Shown in pieces: positions 47,989 to 57,386 of a stretch of DNA of 64,000 nucleotides. Source of the stretch: a virus. Every line of letters begins with the position of its first letter. Positions within the stretch are counted from its first letter, which is position 1. The DNA is taken from IMG/VR virus record IMGVR_UViG_3300034111_000335, positions 54,887 through 118,886 of that record; one strand, 5' to 3'. The translations under genes were made by a program, and so were the position numbers. Below the pieces are notes generated by a model. That model saw only the letters and a program-made list of their open reading frames with translations. It made no database searches and had not been told where the DNA came from.

Positions 47989-48953
47989 AATTTTATTAAT
48001 TTATCTTTTCCGTGTTCTTTATAAATGTCACTAATGTCCTTACCTAGACTTGCATGATGGTATAGTACAGGTATGTCGTACATCTCAGATATCTTCTGTG
48101 AGCCTTCTATACCTGCTCTATCTGCATCAAACCACACATATATGTTATCGAATCTTGCTCTAAGCAATTCATAGGCATTTTCCGATATAGGTGTAGTTTC
48201 GCTTCTTACTGCAACTGCATTAACTCCAATAGAGTGTAAGGTCATAACATCTTTAGTACCTTTAGTGATGACTAGAATACTTCCTTTGTGAGGGAGTTGT
48301 GTGTATCCTTCTAGCATGCCTCCGAAGAAATTAGTTCTAAACTTTACTCTCTTTTCTGCAAAAGGACGGTATAATTTAAATTTATCTTTTTCTTTGTAGC
48401 GATAGCAAGGATCAAAGTCATTGTTAATGTACCAGATGTTGTCAGCTATCCAAGCTTTGTCTACTCTTCTTATGTCAAAAAACTTAAGGATACTCGGAGT
48501 TACTCCGAACTGTGCCCAATATTCTAAGTCTTTCTGTGTAAAACGAGTAAGTTTAACTTTAATAGATGCTGGCTTTACCTCTGCTGGTTTAACTGTTTTA
48601 AGACTGTCGACTTCTATTTTAAGACCTAACCTATCTTCTAGGCTAAAGTTCTTAAGTTGGAAGTCAGACTCAATCTTATAGAGAATGTCTGGATACTCGT
48701 AACCAGTTCTCATTTGAGCTATGTCTATACAGTTGTAGTGGATTTTCTCAGTAGCGTAATCTATAAAATAAAGATTACCACCTTGACTCCACTTAAAGAA
48801 GCATGTTGCATGCTTATCAGATCTGAAAGGATTCTTGTACTTGTTTCTAAAATTAATCTTTTCTCCGAAGTAGAACTCCATGAGTTGTTCTTGACCTAAT
48901 AACTTGTACAAAGTTTGTACGTTAGGTCTAATTTCTATACTTGTCAGATCCAT
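47964..48953 (-). CDS. DNA primase (DnaG-like TOPRIM, crAss-type)
   Basis: NPFRSDKHAT N-terminal motif. ITKGTKDVM and WFDADRAG TOPRIM motifs, KDISD. Confidence 0.8.
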   Translation of the reverse strand: MDLTSIEIRPNVQTLYKLLGQEQLMEFYFGEKINFRNKYKNPFRSDKHATCFFKWSQGGNLYFIDYATEKIHYNCIDIAQMRTGYEYPDILYKIESDFQLKNFSLEDRLGLKIEVDSLKTVKPAEVKPASIKVKLTRFTQKDLEYWAQFGVTPSILKFFDIRRVDKAWIADNIWYINNDFDPCYRYKEKDKFKLYRPFAEKRVKFRTNFFGGMLEGYTQLPHKGSILVITKGTKDVMTLHSIGVNAVAVRSETTPISENAYELLRARFDNIYVWFDADRAGIEGSQKISEMYDIPVLYHHASLGKDISDIYKEHGKDKLIKLCQELKIL

Positions 48954-48970
48954 AAGAAAGGTTTTTAAAA

Positions 48971-49003
48971 GAAAAAGGGGCTACAAATGTAACCCCTTTT
49001 CTT
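48971..49003. terminator. Terminator hairpin with a TACATTTG box in its loop region
   Basis: AAAAGGGG..CCCCTTTT inverted repeat. The - strand reads TACATTTG at 48984-48991. Confidence 0.65.
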
Positions 49004-49026
49004 AAAAATGAAACAGTTAGTTAAAA

Positions 49027-49866
49027 TTAAAACAAGCTATCTACGTCATCACTAACAGGAGCAGTAGCTACATCGCTTTTTTCCCATGACATCATATCAC
49101 TAGCAAAAGGACTTTCTACTTCGTTAGCAGCAGGTGCATTGTTTTCGGTGTATTCTTTGAAGTCAAAGTTTCCGTAGAAACTCTTAAATCCATACTCACC
49201 AGTAACTTGTTTAGCTACGTAATCAGTGATTTTACTGTTTACGTTTACAAATACTTTAGTACATACATCTTGGTACTTGTCGTCTTTGATTCCTAAGAGA
49301 ACTTTAACACCCATGTTGGCTTTGTTAAAGTGTGCAAAGAAATCTACCAACTCATTACCTTTACCTTTTGCAATAGAATTCCAAGAATCCAATACAAATG
49401 GCTTCTCTTTAGGAGAGATATTACCATAAGCCTTCAATAAAGAGTATACAGTTTCTTCACCACCTTTAGCTTCACGAACACTCTTAAGGTCCATTCTACG
49501 AGAAGGATCCAAAGATGCTTGTGCTTCACTCAAAGCAGCCAAGTTCTCAGCCCAAGAAGTTCTAGTAAAGTTGTCAATGAATTGTTTCTTACCTGCTTGA
49601 GAGGTACGAGTATCATTGTTTACCCACAAAGAAAACTTACCACGTAAGTCTGTTTTAAAATCAGGATGGTTTACATACCAGAAGTCTAAACGCATTCCGT
49701 TTTCACCGTCATAGTTAGGCTCTTTTACTTTGTCTTCGTCAATACCTAGTAAAGCAGCAAGTGCTTTACTGTTAGGGTTAACAGCTACAATTTGAATAGG
49801 AGCAAATCCTGTGTACATCTTTTTGCCTGATGAAGGCTCTCTGGTTTCTAATTCGTCAAATTTCAT
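49027..49866 (-). CDS. Putative single-stranded DNA-binding protein (crAss-type)
   Basis: IVAVNP..RLDFW motif and an acidic tail ending DDVDSLF. Adjacent to the AAA ATPase. Confidence 0.6.
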   Translation of the reverse strand: MKFDELETREPSSGKKMYTGFAPIQIVAVNPNSKALAALLGIDEDKVKEPNYDGENGMRLDFWYVNHPDFKTDLRGKFSLWVNNDTRTSQAGKKQFIDNFTRTSWAENLAALSEAQASLDPSRRMDLKSVREAKGGEETVYSLLKAYGNISPKEKPFVLDSWNSIAKGKGNELVDFFAHFNKANMGVKVLLGIKDDKYQDVCTKVFVNVNSKITDYVAKQVTGEYGFKSFYGNFDFKEYTENNAPAANEVESPFASDMMSWEKSDVATAPVSDDVDSLF

Positions 49867-49885
49867 AATAATTTTTTTTTGTTTT

Positions 49886-50578
49886 TTATTTTGTTTTGGT
49901 TACTTCTTCTGTGTAATAGGAGTCAATAGACTGACATACTAAGTTAAGGTCATTAGGGATTAAAGTTTCTGAGAACATATCCATTGGGCTCTTAGCAGGA
50001 TAGTTGCGGAAACGGTTAGTCACAAAATGATAAGTTGCATTCTCGTCTTTATCTTCACCTACGTGAGTATAAAGTGCGATTGTAAACAATCCTTCGAGAA
50101 CAATCTGGTTGTCTAACGCTTTACCGATAGTCTTAATCTTCTGACCTACGATATGTCCATCATCCTCAATTGTTTCGCTGTGAGTGATGTAGAATACTTT
50201 AAGGTCATTACGAAGCTTACGAGCAGTAGTAAGCATGTTAGTTACGTCTTTAGCCAAGTTAACAAACTTACCAAAGCCTACTTCGTTAGCTTTCTTCATC
50301 ATAAGAAATGACATAGAGTAGATAGCATCATCCATTACGATAGTCTTAATGTGTAATGCTTTCTCGCTAATTTGTTGTAACAAGGTAGTGATTTGGTTGA
50401 TGTCGTCTACTTCCATGTAATTCTTAGATTCTAGATTGTAGAGTTTCTCAGCTCCTTTGAAAGGCAATTCTTTCCGTGCTACGTTAATAATAAAGGTTTC
50501 TTTTGGGTCTAGAGTCCTGATAGAGGTAGATTTACCTGTACCTGAAGGACCTACAATTGCGATTAGTTTTGATGACAT
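49886..50578 (-). CDS. AAA_24 / Sak4-like P-loop ATPase
   Basis: GPSGTGKS Walker A, IVMDD Walker B, KIKTIGK, AKSPMDMF. Confidence 0.8.
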   Translation of the reverse strand: MSSKLIAIVGPSGTGKSTSIRTLDPKETFIINVARKELPFKGAEKLYNLESKNYMEVDDINQITTLLQQISEKALHIKTIVMDDAIYSMSFLMMKKANEVGFGKFVNLAKDVTNMLTTARKLRNDLKVFYITHSETIEDDGHIVGQKIKTIGKALDNQIVLEGLFTIALYTHVGEDKDENATYHFVTNRFRNYPAKSPMDMFSETLIPNDLNLVCQSIDSYYTEEVTKTK

Positions 50579-50583
50579 ATTTT

Positions 50584-50907
50584 TTATTTTACTTTGTTTT
50601 CTTCTATGTTGTCTACAATATCACCTAGTGTATCCCAACCAAAGTTGGCTACAAAGTGTACTGCTGCGTGGAAACAATTCATAATACTTTTCTCAGGGTT
50701 TTCTAACAGTTCTTCTCTCATAGCTTCGTTGTTAAAAAGCTCTTCTGACATCCATACAATGTATTCGTTTTCTTGTTCTTCTGTCCAGGTATGTTTATCA
50801 TACCATTCATCTTCTTGAAAGTCTATAGTGTTGTAATCTACGTTGATTACTTCACACATCTTCCGTATGAGTTGTACTAAATAAGGGTTCTTTTCTTCTT
50901 CGATCAT
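50584..50907 (-). CDS. Hypothetical acidic protein
   Basis: 107 aa. WYDKHTWTEEQE..NFGW. Confidence 0.55.
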   Translation of the reverse strand: MIEEEKNPYLVQLIRKMCEVINVDYNTIDFQEDEWYDKHTWTEEQENEYIVWMSEELFNNEAMREELLENPEKSIMNCFHAAVHFVANFGWDTLGDIVDNIEENKVK

Positions 50908-50909
50908 TT

Positions 50910-52025
50910 TTAATGTTTTGCTTTTCTTAAAAAATTCTCATAGTGATTAGCTGTAGGGCTATTCATCTCTTGGGGTCTAGGTAACTCTTCAAATTCTCCG
51001 TTAGCTCCATTAAAGTATAGACCGATGCTTGAGTTTTCTAAGCCAAAGTATCTATCTTTTAGAAATTTAAGGGACCTGTAATGGTTACCGAGTAATGATA
51101 CATCATAGCCATTGTGTGTGCCTATATTGTATCTAGCAGGACTAAACAAACCTATTACTACTTCGTAGTCTTGGTGTACACCCTTATTGATGTGAAGCTC
51201 CTCCATTGAGGGTTCTAGCTTCTCTTCCATAAGTTGACCTTTGTAAGTGTAAGTTTGCTTTTCTGAAGCTGGTGTTTGTTGGTGGACGATTACATTAACC
51301 ATCTTAAAACGCTTAGAAAATATATCAAGAACATAATCCTTAATCATAAAGTCAAACGTTTGATAAGACGATAACTTCATCTTAGTGTCAGGAGCTAGCT
51401 CATTAGATAAAAGACTAATATGATCTAATACAAAGAACACCCACAAGTCATCTGACTTATAAGTATAACCTGTTATTATACGCTTACCTTCTTCTATTTC
51501 TTTGTAGGTGTATTCTCCTATCTCAGGATTTTCGAAGTACGCTTTTACGTACTTAGCCATACCTGTGGGATTTCTGATATAGTCAACTACCTCTACTGAT
51601 CTTTCTAGTGTGTTAATGAACTTCTCTCCTTGCTTTACCTTTTCTAATAGTTCGCTACTTAAAGTATAATTACCTACTGATTTAAGTTGAGATACACTGA
51701 TTGTAATACGGTGTTTCTCATACATATACATAGATAGGAATGATAGCCAAAAGTCTGTAGCACTTTCCTCTAAGGCAAAATAGAAGATTTTAGGAACTAT
51801 GTTTGTGTTCTGTGTCTTCTTCATGATGTTAAGAATAGTCATGTATTTAGCAAACTTTGACTTACCTACACCTGAAGCAGCAGTTAAACAAGTAATAGAA
51901 CCTTTAGTAAATCCTCCATAATGTTCTGATAAACGAGGAAATGGAGGAGGGATAGCTGTTAAGCCACCTGTCTCTTTAATAATCTTGTTACCCTCAATCT
52001 GACTTATTAACTTTTCAAAGTTCAT
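50910..52025 (-). CDS. DnaB-like (SF4) replicative helicase, ATPase domain
   Basis: AASGVGKSK Walker A, FALEE, VLDHISLL, HQQ, KDRYFG. Lacks the DnaB N-terminal domain. Confidence 0.85.
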   Translation of the reverse strand: MNFEKLISQIEGNKIIKETGGLTAIPPPFPRLSEHYGGFTKGSITCLTAASGVGKSKFAKYMTILNIMKKTQNTNIVPKIFYFALEESATDFWLSFLSMYMYEKHRITISVSQLKSVGNYTLSSELLEKVKQGEKFINTLERSVEVVDYIRNPTGMAKYVKAYFENPEIGEYTYKEIEEGKRIITGYTYKSDDLWVFFVLDHISLLSNELAPDTKMKLSSYQTFDFMIKDYVLDIFSKRFKMVNVIVHQQTPASEKQTYTYKGQLMEEKLEPSMEELHINKGVHQDYEVVIGLFSPARYNIGTHNGYDVSLLGNHYRSLKFLKDRYFGLENSSIGLYFNGANGEFEELPRPQEMNSPTANHYENFLRKAKH

Positions 52026-52027
52026 AA

Positions 52028-52576
52028 TTAGAGGATTTGATGACTATTGTAAGCAGGTCCTGTACCATTTTTGAGTTCTTCACACCACTTAGCTAAGTCG
52101 CTTTGATCTACTCCGTCTACTTTCTTAAAGATAAAGTAACCACATTCTCTGATGAATTTAATACTTCCTTGCTGCTTAAGCGTACTAATATACAGATCGG
52201 TGGCTTGTGAGATCTCTTCGAGAGTGTAATCATACTCAGATAAAAACTTAATCAATCTTTTAACTACACTAGACTTATCAGTTGTTTTACCTGATACTCC
52301 TAGATTCTTAGCACTGAACTTAGAAATAAAGTCAGCTAACCATGTAGGAGGAATACTTAAGTCTCTATTAGGAGCAGTGTTTATGTGTGTAGTCTTTAAT
52401 TTCTCAAGAGCAGATAACTCACCAACAGACTCAGTTACATCAAGATCTTGTAGTGCTTTAGGAGTCCAACTGTAAGTTGTTCCATTAAACAGAAGTTTCT
52501 CTTCGTAAATCCATCTGTCTATCATCTTCTCCTGTTTGGCTAGTGCCCATAGTACTTCGTAGAATGTCTTTTTCAT
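52028..52576 (-). CDS. Hypothetical replication-associated protein
   Basis: 182 aa directly upstream of the helicase. EEISQATDLYI..YFIFK resembles phage replisome organiser C-termini. Confidence 0.5.
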   Translation of the reverse strand: MKKTFYEVLWALAKQEKMIDRWIYEEKLLFNGTTYSWTPKALQDLDVTESVGELSALEKLKTTHINTAPNRDLSIPPTWLADFISKFSAKNLGVSGKTTDKSSVVKRLIKFLSEYDYTLEEISQATDLYISTLKQQGSIKFIRECGYFIFKKVDGVDQSDLAKWCEELKNGTGPAYNSHQIL

Positions 52577-52766
52577 CTGTTTCTTTTATTAAATTAAAGT
52601 TTACACCTGCAAATATTTCCTTCGAATTAATCTTAGGCGGGTCTACAAAGATAAGCGAATCTTCTTCTTTTTCCAAGTCAATTTGGTCTTCCAACCACAT
52701 TTTTTTCATAAAAAGAAAGCCTGGATGTGACTCCAGGCTATCTCCATAGTGTTCTATTTCTGTCAT
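52485..52766 (-). CDS. Hypothetical protein
   Basis: 93 aa ORF overlapping the downstream gene by about 90 nt. Confidence 0.4.
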   Translation of the reverse strand: MTEIEHYGDSLESHPGFLFMKKMWLEDQIDLEKEEDSLIFVDPPKINSKEIFAGVNFNLIKETDEKDILRSTMGTSQTGEDDRQMDLRRETSV

Positions 52767-54215
52767 TTACATGTCTGCTATTTCTTGGAAATCAATTTTT
52801 CTTTCCACACACTCTTTAATCTTAGATTCTACGTAATCTTGGTCTTCTGCAACTACGTTAAATACGCTTTCACAAGCATGACAACAAGTGTGTAGTAAAA
52901 GATCGTTAGTAATTACTAAGCCACTTTCATCATAACAATGAGGGCAGATGTCATCCATAATCATTTCATCCAGCAGATCCTGACTTATTTCTTTAATTGT
53001 AGGGAAGAAAACAGAATAAGACTTAAGTTCCTCTCTGATTTTTGGATCTGTGTATTCAGGATAGCATTCCATAATCCACTCATTGTAGGTTTCATATTCT
53101 TTGTCTTTTTCTAGTTCTGCTTCATCTATCATTTCAGAAGGCATTTCTCTGCTCCAATAAGTGGATTGTTTACCTACTTTAGATCCAGTAGAAGCTGATG
53201 GCTCAAAAGGATCTATAATTTTAGGTTTAGATTCTACCCAATCTCCAGCTACTGCATCATAGTACCAATCATTGTCATCAGCATCAAACATATGAATTTG
53301 ACGACCACCATAACCAAGAGGAATAGATGTAGATTTAACTTTAGATCCTCCGTATGGAAGTTCTGACCTAGAGTATATAGGAAATGTAAGAGGAATGTTC
53401 CTTTCAGCAAGCATAGTAAGCATTTCATAAGCAAAGCTAAAAGCGTTGATAAGAAGACCTACACTAGCTATCTCGGTATCTGAGTGCTCGTTAAAGTAAC
53501 CACATGATAAGTTATGTGAAGAAACTTTAAGACCTCTTTTACGTAGACCACCGACATCAGTTGCTGTACCTGAGTTAAGAGTGTAACCATACTTCTCCAT
53601 CAAAGGTTGGATTAGTTCATAATGATCGTGACTAAAAGTCTGAACTCCATTAGTAAACTTAATAAAGTCATTAGTGTAAGACCTACGATCCAGCTGAGTA
53701 ACTACTAGTGAGTTGTCAAAGAAAGACATATCACAGCAATTAGTACCTACAATTCCTCGTTCCTCGCCATAAGGTAAGAAAACCTTACATACAGGCATCA
53801 TCTTAAGCATTTGGATAGCAAAGCATACACCTACTGAATCATCGAGACCTAAGCCACATTGTTCACCTGTTGCATCATCAAAGCCAAAAATCCACTGATC
53901 TGTTTTAAAGATACGCATACCTACATGGTAATCTTGAGCTGTGTCATAATGACCTACAATAGTAGGGTAGAACTCAGCTTCTCCTTTAGTGCAATAGATA
54001 TTCCCTCCCTTTTCTACTACTGTTACACCTTCTATCTTAGAAATCAATTCTACAAGCCAATCTTTCTTTAGTCTTTCCATTTCTGGTTGATAAGTAGGGC
54101 TTTGTTGATACATGATATCAAACAATAGATCAAAATCTACGGGGAAATCTCCTTTAATAGTGTGGTCTATACTTTCTAGTCGGTTAACGTAACTGCTAAC
54201 ATAAGATTTTGTCAT
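52767..54215 (-). CDS. M20/M28-like zinc peptidase with acidic C-terminal region and zinc ribbon
   Basis: GHYDT, GLDDSVG, EERG, QLDRR, TD, NLSCGYFNEHSDTE. C-terminal CPHC..CHAC. Confidence 0.8.
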   Translation of the reverse strand: MTKSYVSSYVNRLESIDHTIKGDFPVDFDLLFDIMYQQSPTYQPEMERLKKDWLVELISKIEGVTVVEKGGNIYCTKGEAEFYPTIVGHYDTAQDYHVGMRIFKTDQWIFGFDDATGEQCGLGLDDSVGVCFAIQMLKMMPVCKVFLPYGEERGIVGTNCCDMSFFDNSLVVTQLDRRSYTNDFIKFTNGVQTFSHDHYELIQPLMEKYGYTLNSGTATDVGGLRKRGLKVSSHNLSCGYFNEHSDTEIASVGLLINAFSFAYEMLTMLAERNIPLTFPIYSRSELPYGGSKVKSTSIPLGYGGRQIHMFDADDNDWYYDAVAGDWVESKPKIIDPFEPSASTGSKVGKQSTYWSREMPSEMIDEAELEKDKEYETYNEWIMECYPEYTDPKIREELKSYSVFFPTIKEISQDLLDEMIMDDICPHCYDESGLVITNDLLLHTCCHACESVFNVVAEDQDYVESKIKECVERKIDFQEIADM

Positions 54216-54239
54216 TTTTGTTTTGTTTTAGTTTGTTTT

Positions 54240-56345
54240 TTAAATAAGGAATTGTTGTTCATCTTGTAGATCTTCCTCCATTTCTTCTGGTTCTAATTCT
54301 ACTTCTTCTTCGACTGTTTCGTTAATCTGTGCTAGTGATGAAGATACTGAAGATACTGAAGATAATGAAGATCCATGTATATTTATACCTGAACCAGTAG
54401 AATTAAGATAAGTTAAAACTGGAATATGATTATATGTACCAGTTGTTCCAGAACTACTTGTAATGAATGTATAACTAGTTTCTGTTTGAGCAATTGTTTC
54501 TCCTAGAGCACGTGCTTGTGCTATCATTCTTATAGTTTCTTCTTGTGCTCTTCTGTCAGCTTCCTGAGAGTCATAAGCGTCTTCAGGGATATTTGGATCG
54601 TTCTTGTGATAGAAACCACTTCCGTCAGTAAAGTAAAAGTCTTCATCTAGAATAAAGTATCCGAAACCATTTTCATACTCTCTGAGTTGTTCGTCATTTA
54701 TATGAGCATACTCTCCATTATTTAGTCTAAGAGATCTACATGTAAGAATCGTTTCTACATTATAGGTTTCTACTGTGTCATCTTCTATAGTAACATAAGA
54801 ATCGTCTGCTTCACAATAAATATAACAACTACTGCAAGCATAAGAATCTGAATGATCACCTGCAGTAATATAAGTTGAGTCGTCTTCGTTTATCTCATCT
54901 CCACAGATGCAACATTCTAGTCTTTCACTAGAGTTGTAGCGACTAAAACAACCTCCAGTAGATCTAAACTGCCAATATTCATCCCTAAGATGTTGGTTTG
55001 TCAGAAGCATTCTATGAGGGTCGTAGTTACAAAGAGTGTCTACATAAGGAAACTGATTAATACCTGTTAAGTCAATGTTTAAGGAGAAATTCCTATTTGA
55101 TTGAAATAAAGTTTCATAACCAGCTCCTATTAGTGTGTTCTTAAGCAAGTTATGAGTCTCGTCATTTGAATAATAGATACGGTCAAACATAAACTTACCT
55201 TCGATATTCCACATAATAGAACGAGCAGCAATCTTATTTGATCTTTTAAGTACAGCCATCTTTACTTTCTCTGGGTACTTAGTGTAGATTTGAAAATAAT
55301 TCCTACAGTTTTGGTAACGCATACAAGAATTACCTAAGGTACCTGAGTGTTGATAGTAATTATTTTCGTGATAAGCGTCTTTAATATCTTCTCCCTCGAT
55401 AATCTGAAAGTCATACAAAGGATTGGAAACAGTAATCAAAGAGGCATATGCTTCTGCAAATGCAGTAACCTCTCTATCTGAATACTTGTCTGCAAATAAC
55501 CTACGTACAATCTTACCTATGGAAGTGTGATAACGCTTCTTAAAGTTCCATACTTCTTTAACAGTCATTGAAGTGTTCTCAAATTCTACTGCTAAGAGTC
55601 TTTCCCAGTTATTTGAATTTAAAATAACACCATTAGTAGTTAACGTAAACGCATCTGCTCCTCTAGTTCTTGAGTTTTGAATACGTAATGTTCCTGCTTC
55701 GTGTGAAAGATAAGTCTGTTTAAAACTAAAAGAATAAGTTTTAGTTGGAGAATCGTCCCAGAATTCTTGAATAAAGTATACGTCAGCGTCTTCTGTACGT
55801 TCAATAGGATAAAATCTATCGCCTAGATGTCTTGCAGTCAACTTTAAGGTAAATACCATCATCATATCTTGTGCTGTAGAATCATCTGGAGTCTGTTCTC
55901 TGCTTCTACGTCTACTTCTCTGTACATAGAATTTAGCAACAGTTCCAGGACGAATCATCTCCATTGTAGTTTCTTGTCCTGCAAGTCTTTCTTCACGGTC
56001 TTTATCTAGATAAGAAATCTTAGTATAGTCCGCTTGAGATAAACCTAGATAGTTACAATACTTACCTTCTAAAGGAACATACTTAAGGTTTAGAATGTCT
56101 TCAGCTACTGCTTTTGCTTGTTCGCTACAGTTACTAGCAATTAATCTAGTTAAGCGAGTCTTTAGGTCTTTGTGTAATACAAATTTGTCTCTTGCTATCC
56201 TTACTCGTCTTTTAGGTAAGCTACCAAGTGAGTGAGCAGATACTTGTAAGGTATTTGCTGTTTCCATAAACTCCATTGAAAATGGATCATCGGGGATTAG
56301 AGCTGCAATTAGCTCCTGTGGTTCTTGTGGTTGTGAATTAGGCAT
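54240..56345 (-). CDS. Large hypothetical protein with SCM..DRIY..PYxDT motifs and Cys-rich repeats
   Basis: GNSCMRY, ARSIMW, FDRIYY, FPYVDTL, followed by CCIC/CSSC segments and an acidic tail. Confidence 0.6.
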   Translation of the reverse strand: MPNSQPQEPQELIAALIPDDPFSMEFMETANTLQVSAHSLGSLPKRRVRIARDKFVLHKDLKTRLTRLIASNCSEQAKAVAEDILNLKYVPLEGKYCNYLGLSQADYTKISYLDKDREERLAGQETTMEMIRPGTVAKFYVQRSRRRSREQTPDDSTAQDMMMVFTLKLTARHLGDRFYPIERTEDADVYFIQEFWDDSPTKTYSFSFKQTYLSHEAGTLRIQNSRTRGADAFTLTTNGVILNSNNWERLLAVEFENTSMTVKEVWNFKKRYHTSIGKIVRRLFADKYSDREVTAFAEAYASLITVSNPLYDFQIIEGEDIKDAYHENNYYQHSGTLGNSCMRYQNCRNYFQIYTKYPEKVKMAVLKRSNKIAARSIMWNIEGKFMFDRIYYSNDETHNLLKNTLIGAGYETLFQSNRNFSLNIDLTGINQFPYVDTLCNYDPHRMLLTNQHLRDEYWQFRSTGGCFSRYNSSERLECCICGDEINEDDSTYITAGDHSDSYACSSCYIYCEADDSYVTIEDDTVETYNVETILTCRSLRLNNGEYAHINDEQLREYENGFGYFILDEDFYFTDGSGFYHKNDPNIPEDAYDSQEADRRAQEETIRMIAQARALGETIAQTETSYTFITSSSGTTGTYNHIPVLTYLNSTGSGINIHGSSLSSVSSVSSSLAQINETVEEEVELEPEEMEEDLQDEQQFLI

Positions 56346-56364
56346 ATTTTAGTTGGTTTAGTTT

Positions 56365-56394
56365 AAAACAAAAAAGCACCCCTAGAGGTGCTTT
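56365..56394 (-). terminator. Rho-independent terminator
   Basis: AAAGCACC-CCTAGA-GGTGCTTT hairpin with a T tract on the - strand. Confidence 0.7.
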
Positions 56395-56414
56395 CATTAA
56401 ATTTTCTTCTTAAT

Positions 56415-56612
56415 TTAAAGTTGTTCTGGTGTTTTTTCGCTGTCTTTTTTGTAACGATGAGCTAGCAGTAAGTTTTTTTCTCCTAAAGCTTTTTTAAATT
56501 CTCTGTCTCTTTCTTTCTCTGAGTAGAACTTGTAGTCTTCGTTCTTTTTCATTGTCTTTACAATCAGATGGAATTCTATGACTGTACCTTCTTCGCTTAA
56601 CGTATACTCCAT
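56415..56612 (-). CDS. Hypothetical protein
   Basis: 65 aa ORF. Confidence 0.5.
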   Translation of the reverse strand: MEYTLSEEGTVIEFHLIVKTMKKNEDYKFYSEKERDREFKKALGEKNLLLAHRYKKDSEKTPEQL

Positions 56613-56761
56613 TATTCAAAGATAGCACATAAATCTACTACAATCCCTATTAACAGGGAGAATACGGAGACAAAGAGAAGAGAGAATGCGAAGAACTCGT
56701 TACTACTCATACAGTTAGTGTTCTTAAGCTTTCTTCCAATATTTTTACATGCTTTTCTCAT
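56612..56761 (-). CDS. 49-aa membrane peptide (not in ORF track)
   Basis: Manual translation MRKACKNIGRKLKNTNCMSSNEFFAFSLLFVSVFSLLIGIVVDLCAIFE*. TAATG overlap with the next gene. Confidence 0.5.
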   Translation of the reverse strand: MRKACKNIGRKLKNTNCMSSNEFFAFSLLFVSVFSLLIGIVVDLCAIFE

Positions 56762-56966
56762 TGATGTGCTGTTTTACTTCTTTCCAAAATAAAACTGCAT
56801 TATGTACAGTTTTGTTGTTTAGATAATTATCCATATCTCTGTACTCAGCAATGATTTTATCTAGGGTATAATTAGCAATCTGCTTAAATCGGTAGTGGTC
56901 CATTTGAAAACCTAAAGTCTTCTTGATTTCCACTTCTATAGCTTCTGCTTGTTGTTTGGGACTCAT
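56745..56966 (-). CDS. Hypothetical protein (MSPK.KA..W.EVKQ.I family)
   Basis: 73 aa. Ends FWKEVKQHI, similar to YQEIKQEL in 59848..60114. Confidence 0.55.
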   Translation of the reverse strand: MSPKQQAEAIEVEIKKTLGFQMDHYRFKQIANYTLDKIIAEYRDMDNYLNNKTVHNAVLFWKEVKQHINEKSM

Positions 56967-56970
56967 GTTA

Positions 56971-56978
56971 CAAATATA
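56971..56978 (-). promoter_or_regulatory. TAnnTTTG -7 box 4 nt before ATG
   Basis: The - strand reads TATATTTG-TAAC-ATG within an 18-nt intergenic gap. Confidence 0.55.
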
Positions 56979-56984
56979 AGTTAG

Positions 56985-57386
56985 TTAAAGCTTTTCTGCC
57001 TTCTCTTCGAATCTATATTTTAACTCTTCTTTAAAAACCTCTTTGTAAAAATCAGAGAGTTGATATTGAGTCTTTAGTATAGCTTCTATGTGATCGAAGT
57101 CTAAGTCTTTAATAGGTTTGTAGACTAAGGGTTGTCTTCCGTCTATACCTCTAGTACCCCAATGAACAGCAGATCTTCTTGTTAAATGTGAGCCATCGTC
57201 ATAGACGCTTAACTCTTCGTAAGTTCCTACATGTCTTCTAAGATAATCTGTTCCTCCATCTACCATAAGAACTTCTTTAGTAATAGTATCCTTATAAGTG
57301 TTATAATCATGACGATTATAAGAAGTAAGGATAGTACCATCTGGTGTTTTAATCCTGTTTAAAAGGATTTTGTTTTCCGTAGTCAT
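56985..57386 (-). CDS. Conserved hypothetical phage protein
   Basis: NRIKTPDGTILTSYNRHDY..MVDGGTDYLRR..WGTRG motif set. Confidence 0.65.
   Translation of the reverse strand: MTTENKILLNRIKTPDGTILTSYNRHDYNTYKDTITKEVLMVDGGTDYLRRHVGTYEELSVYDDGSHLTRRSAVHWGTRGIDGRQPLVYKPIKDLDFDHIEAILKTQYQLSDFYKEVFKEELKYRFEEKAEKL

Noticed and set aside
56617-56624. TATCTTTG promoter box 4 nt before ATG 56612
   Set aside because: It lies inside the coding end of the 49-aa ORF 56612..56761, which couples to the next gene by TAATG, so it may be coincidental. Not listed as a promoter.
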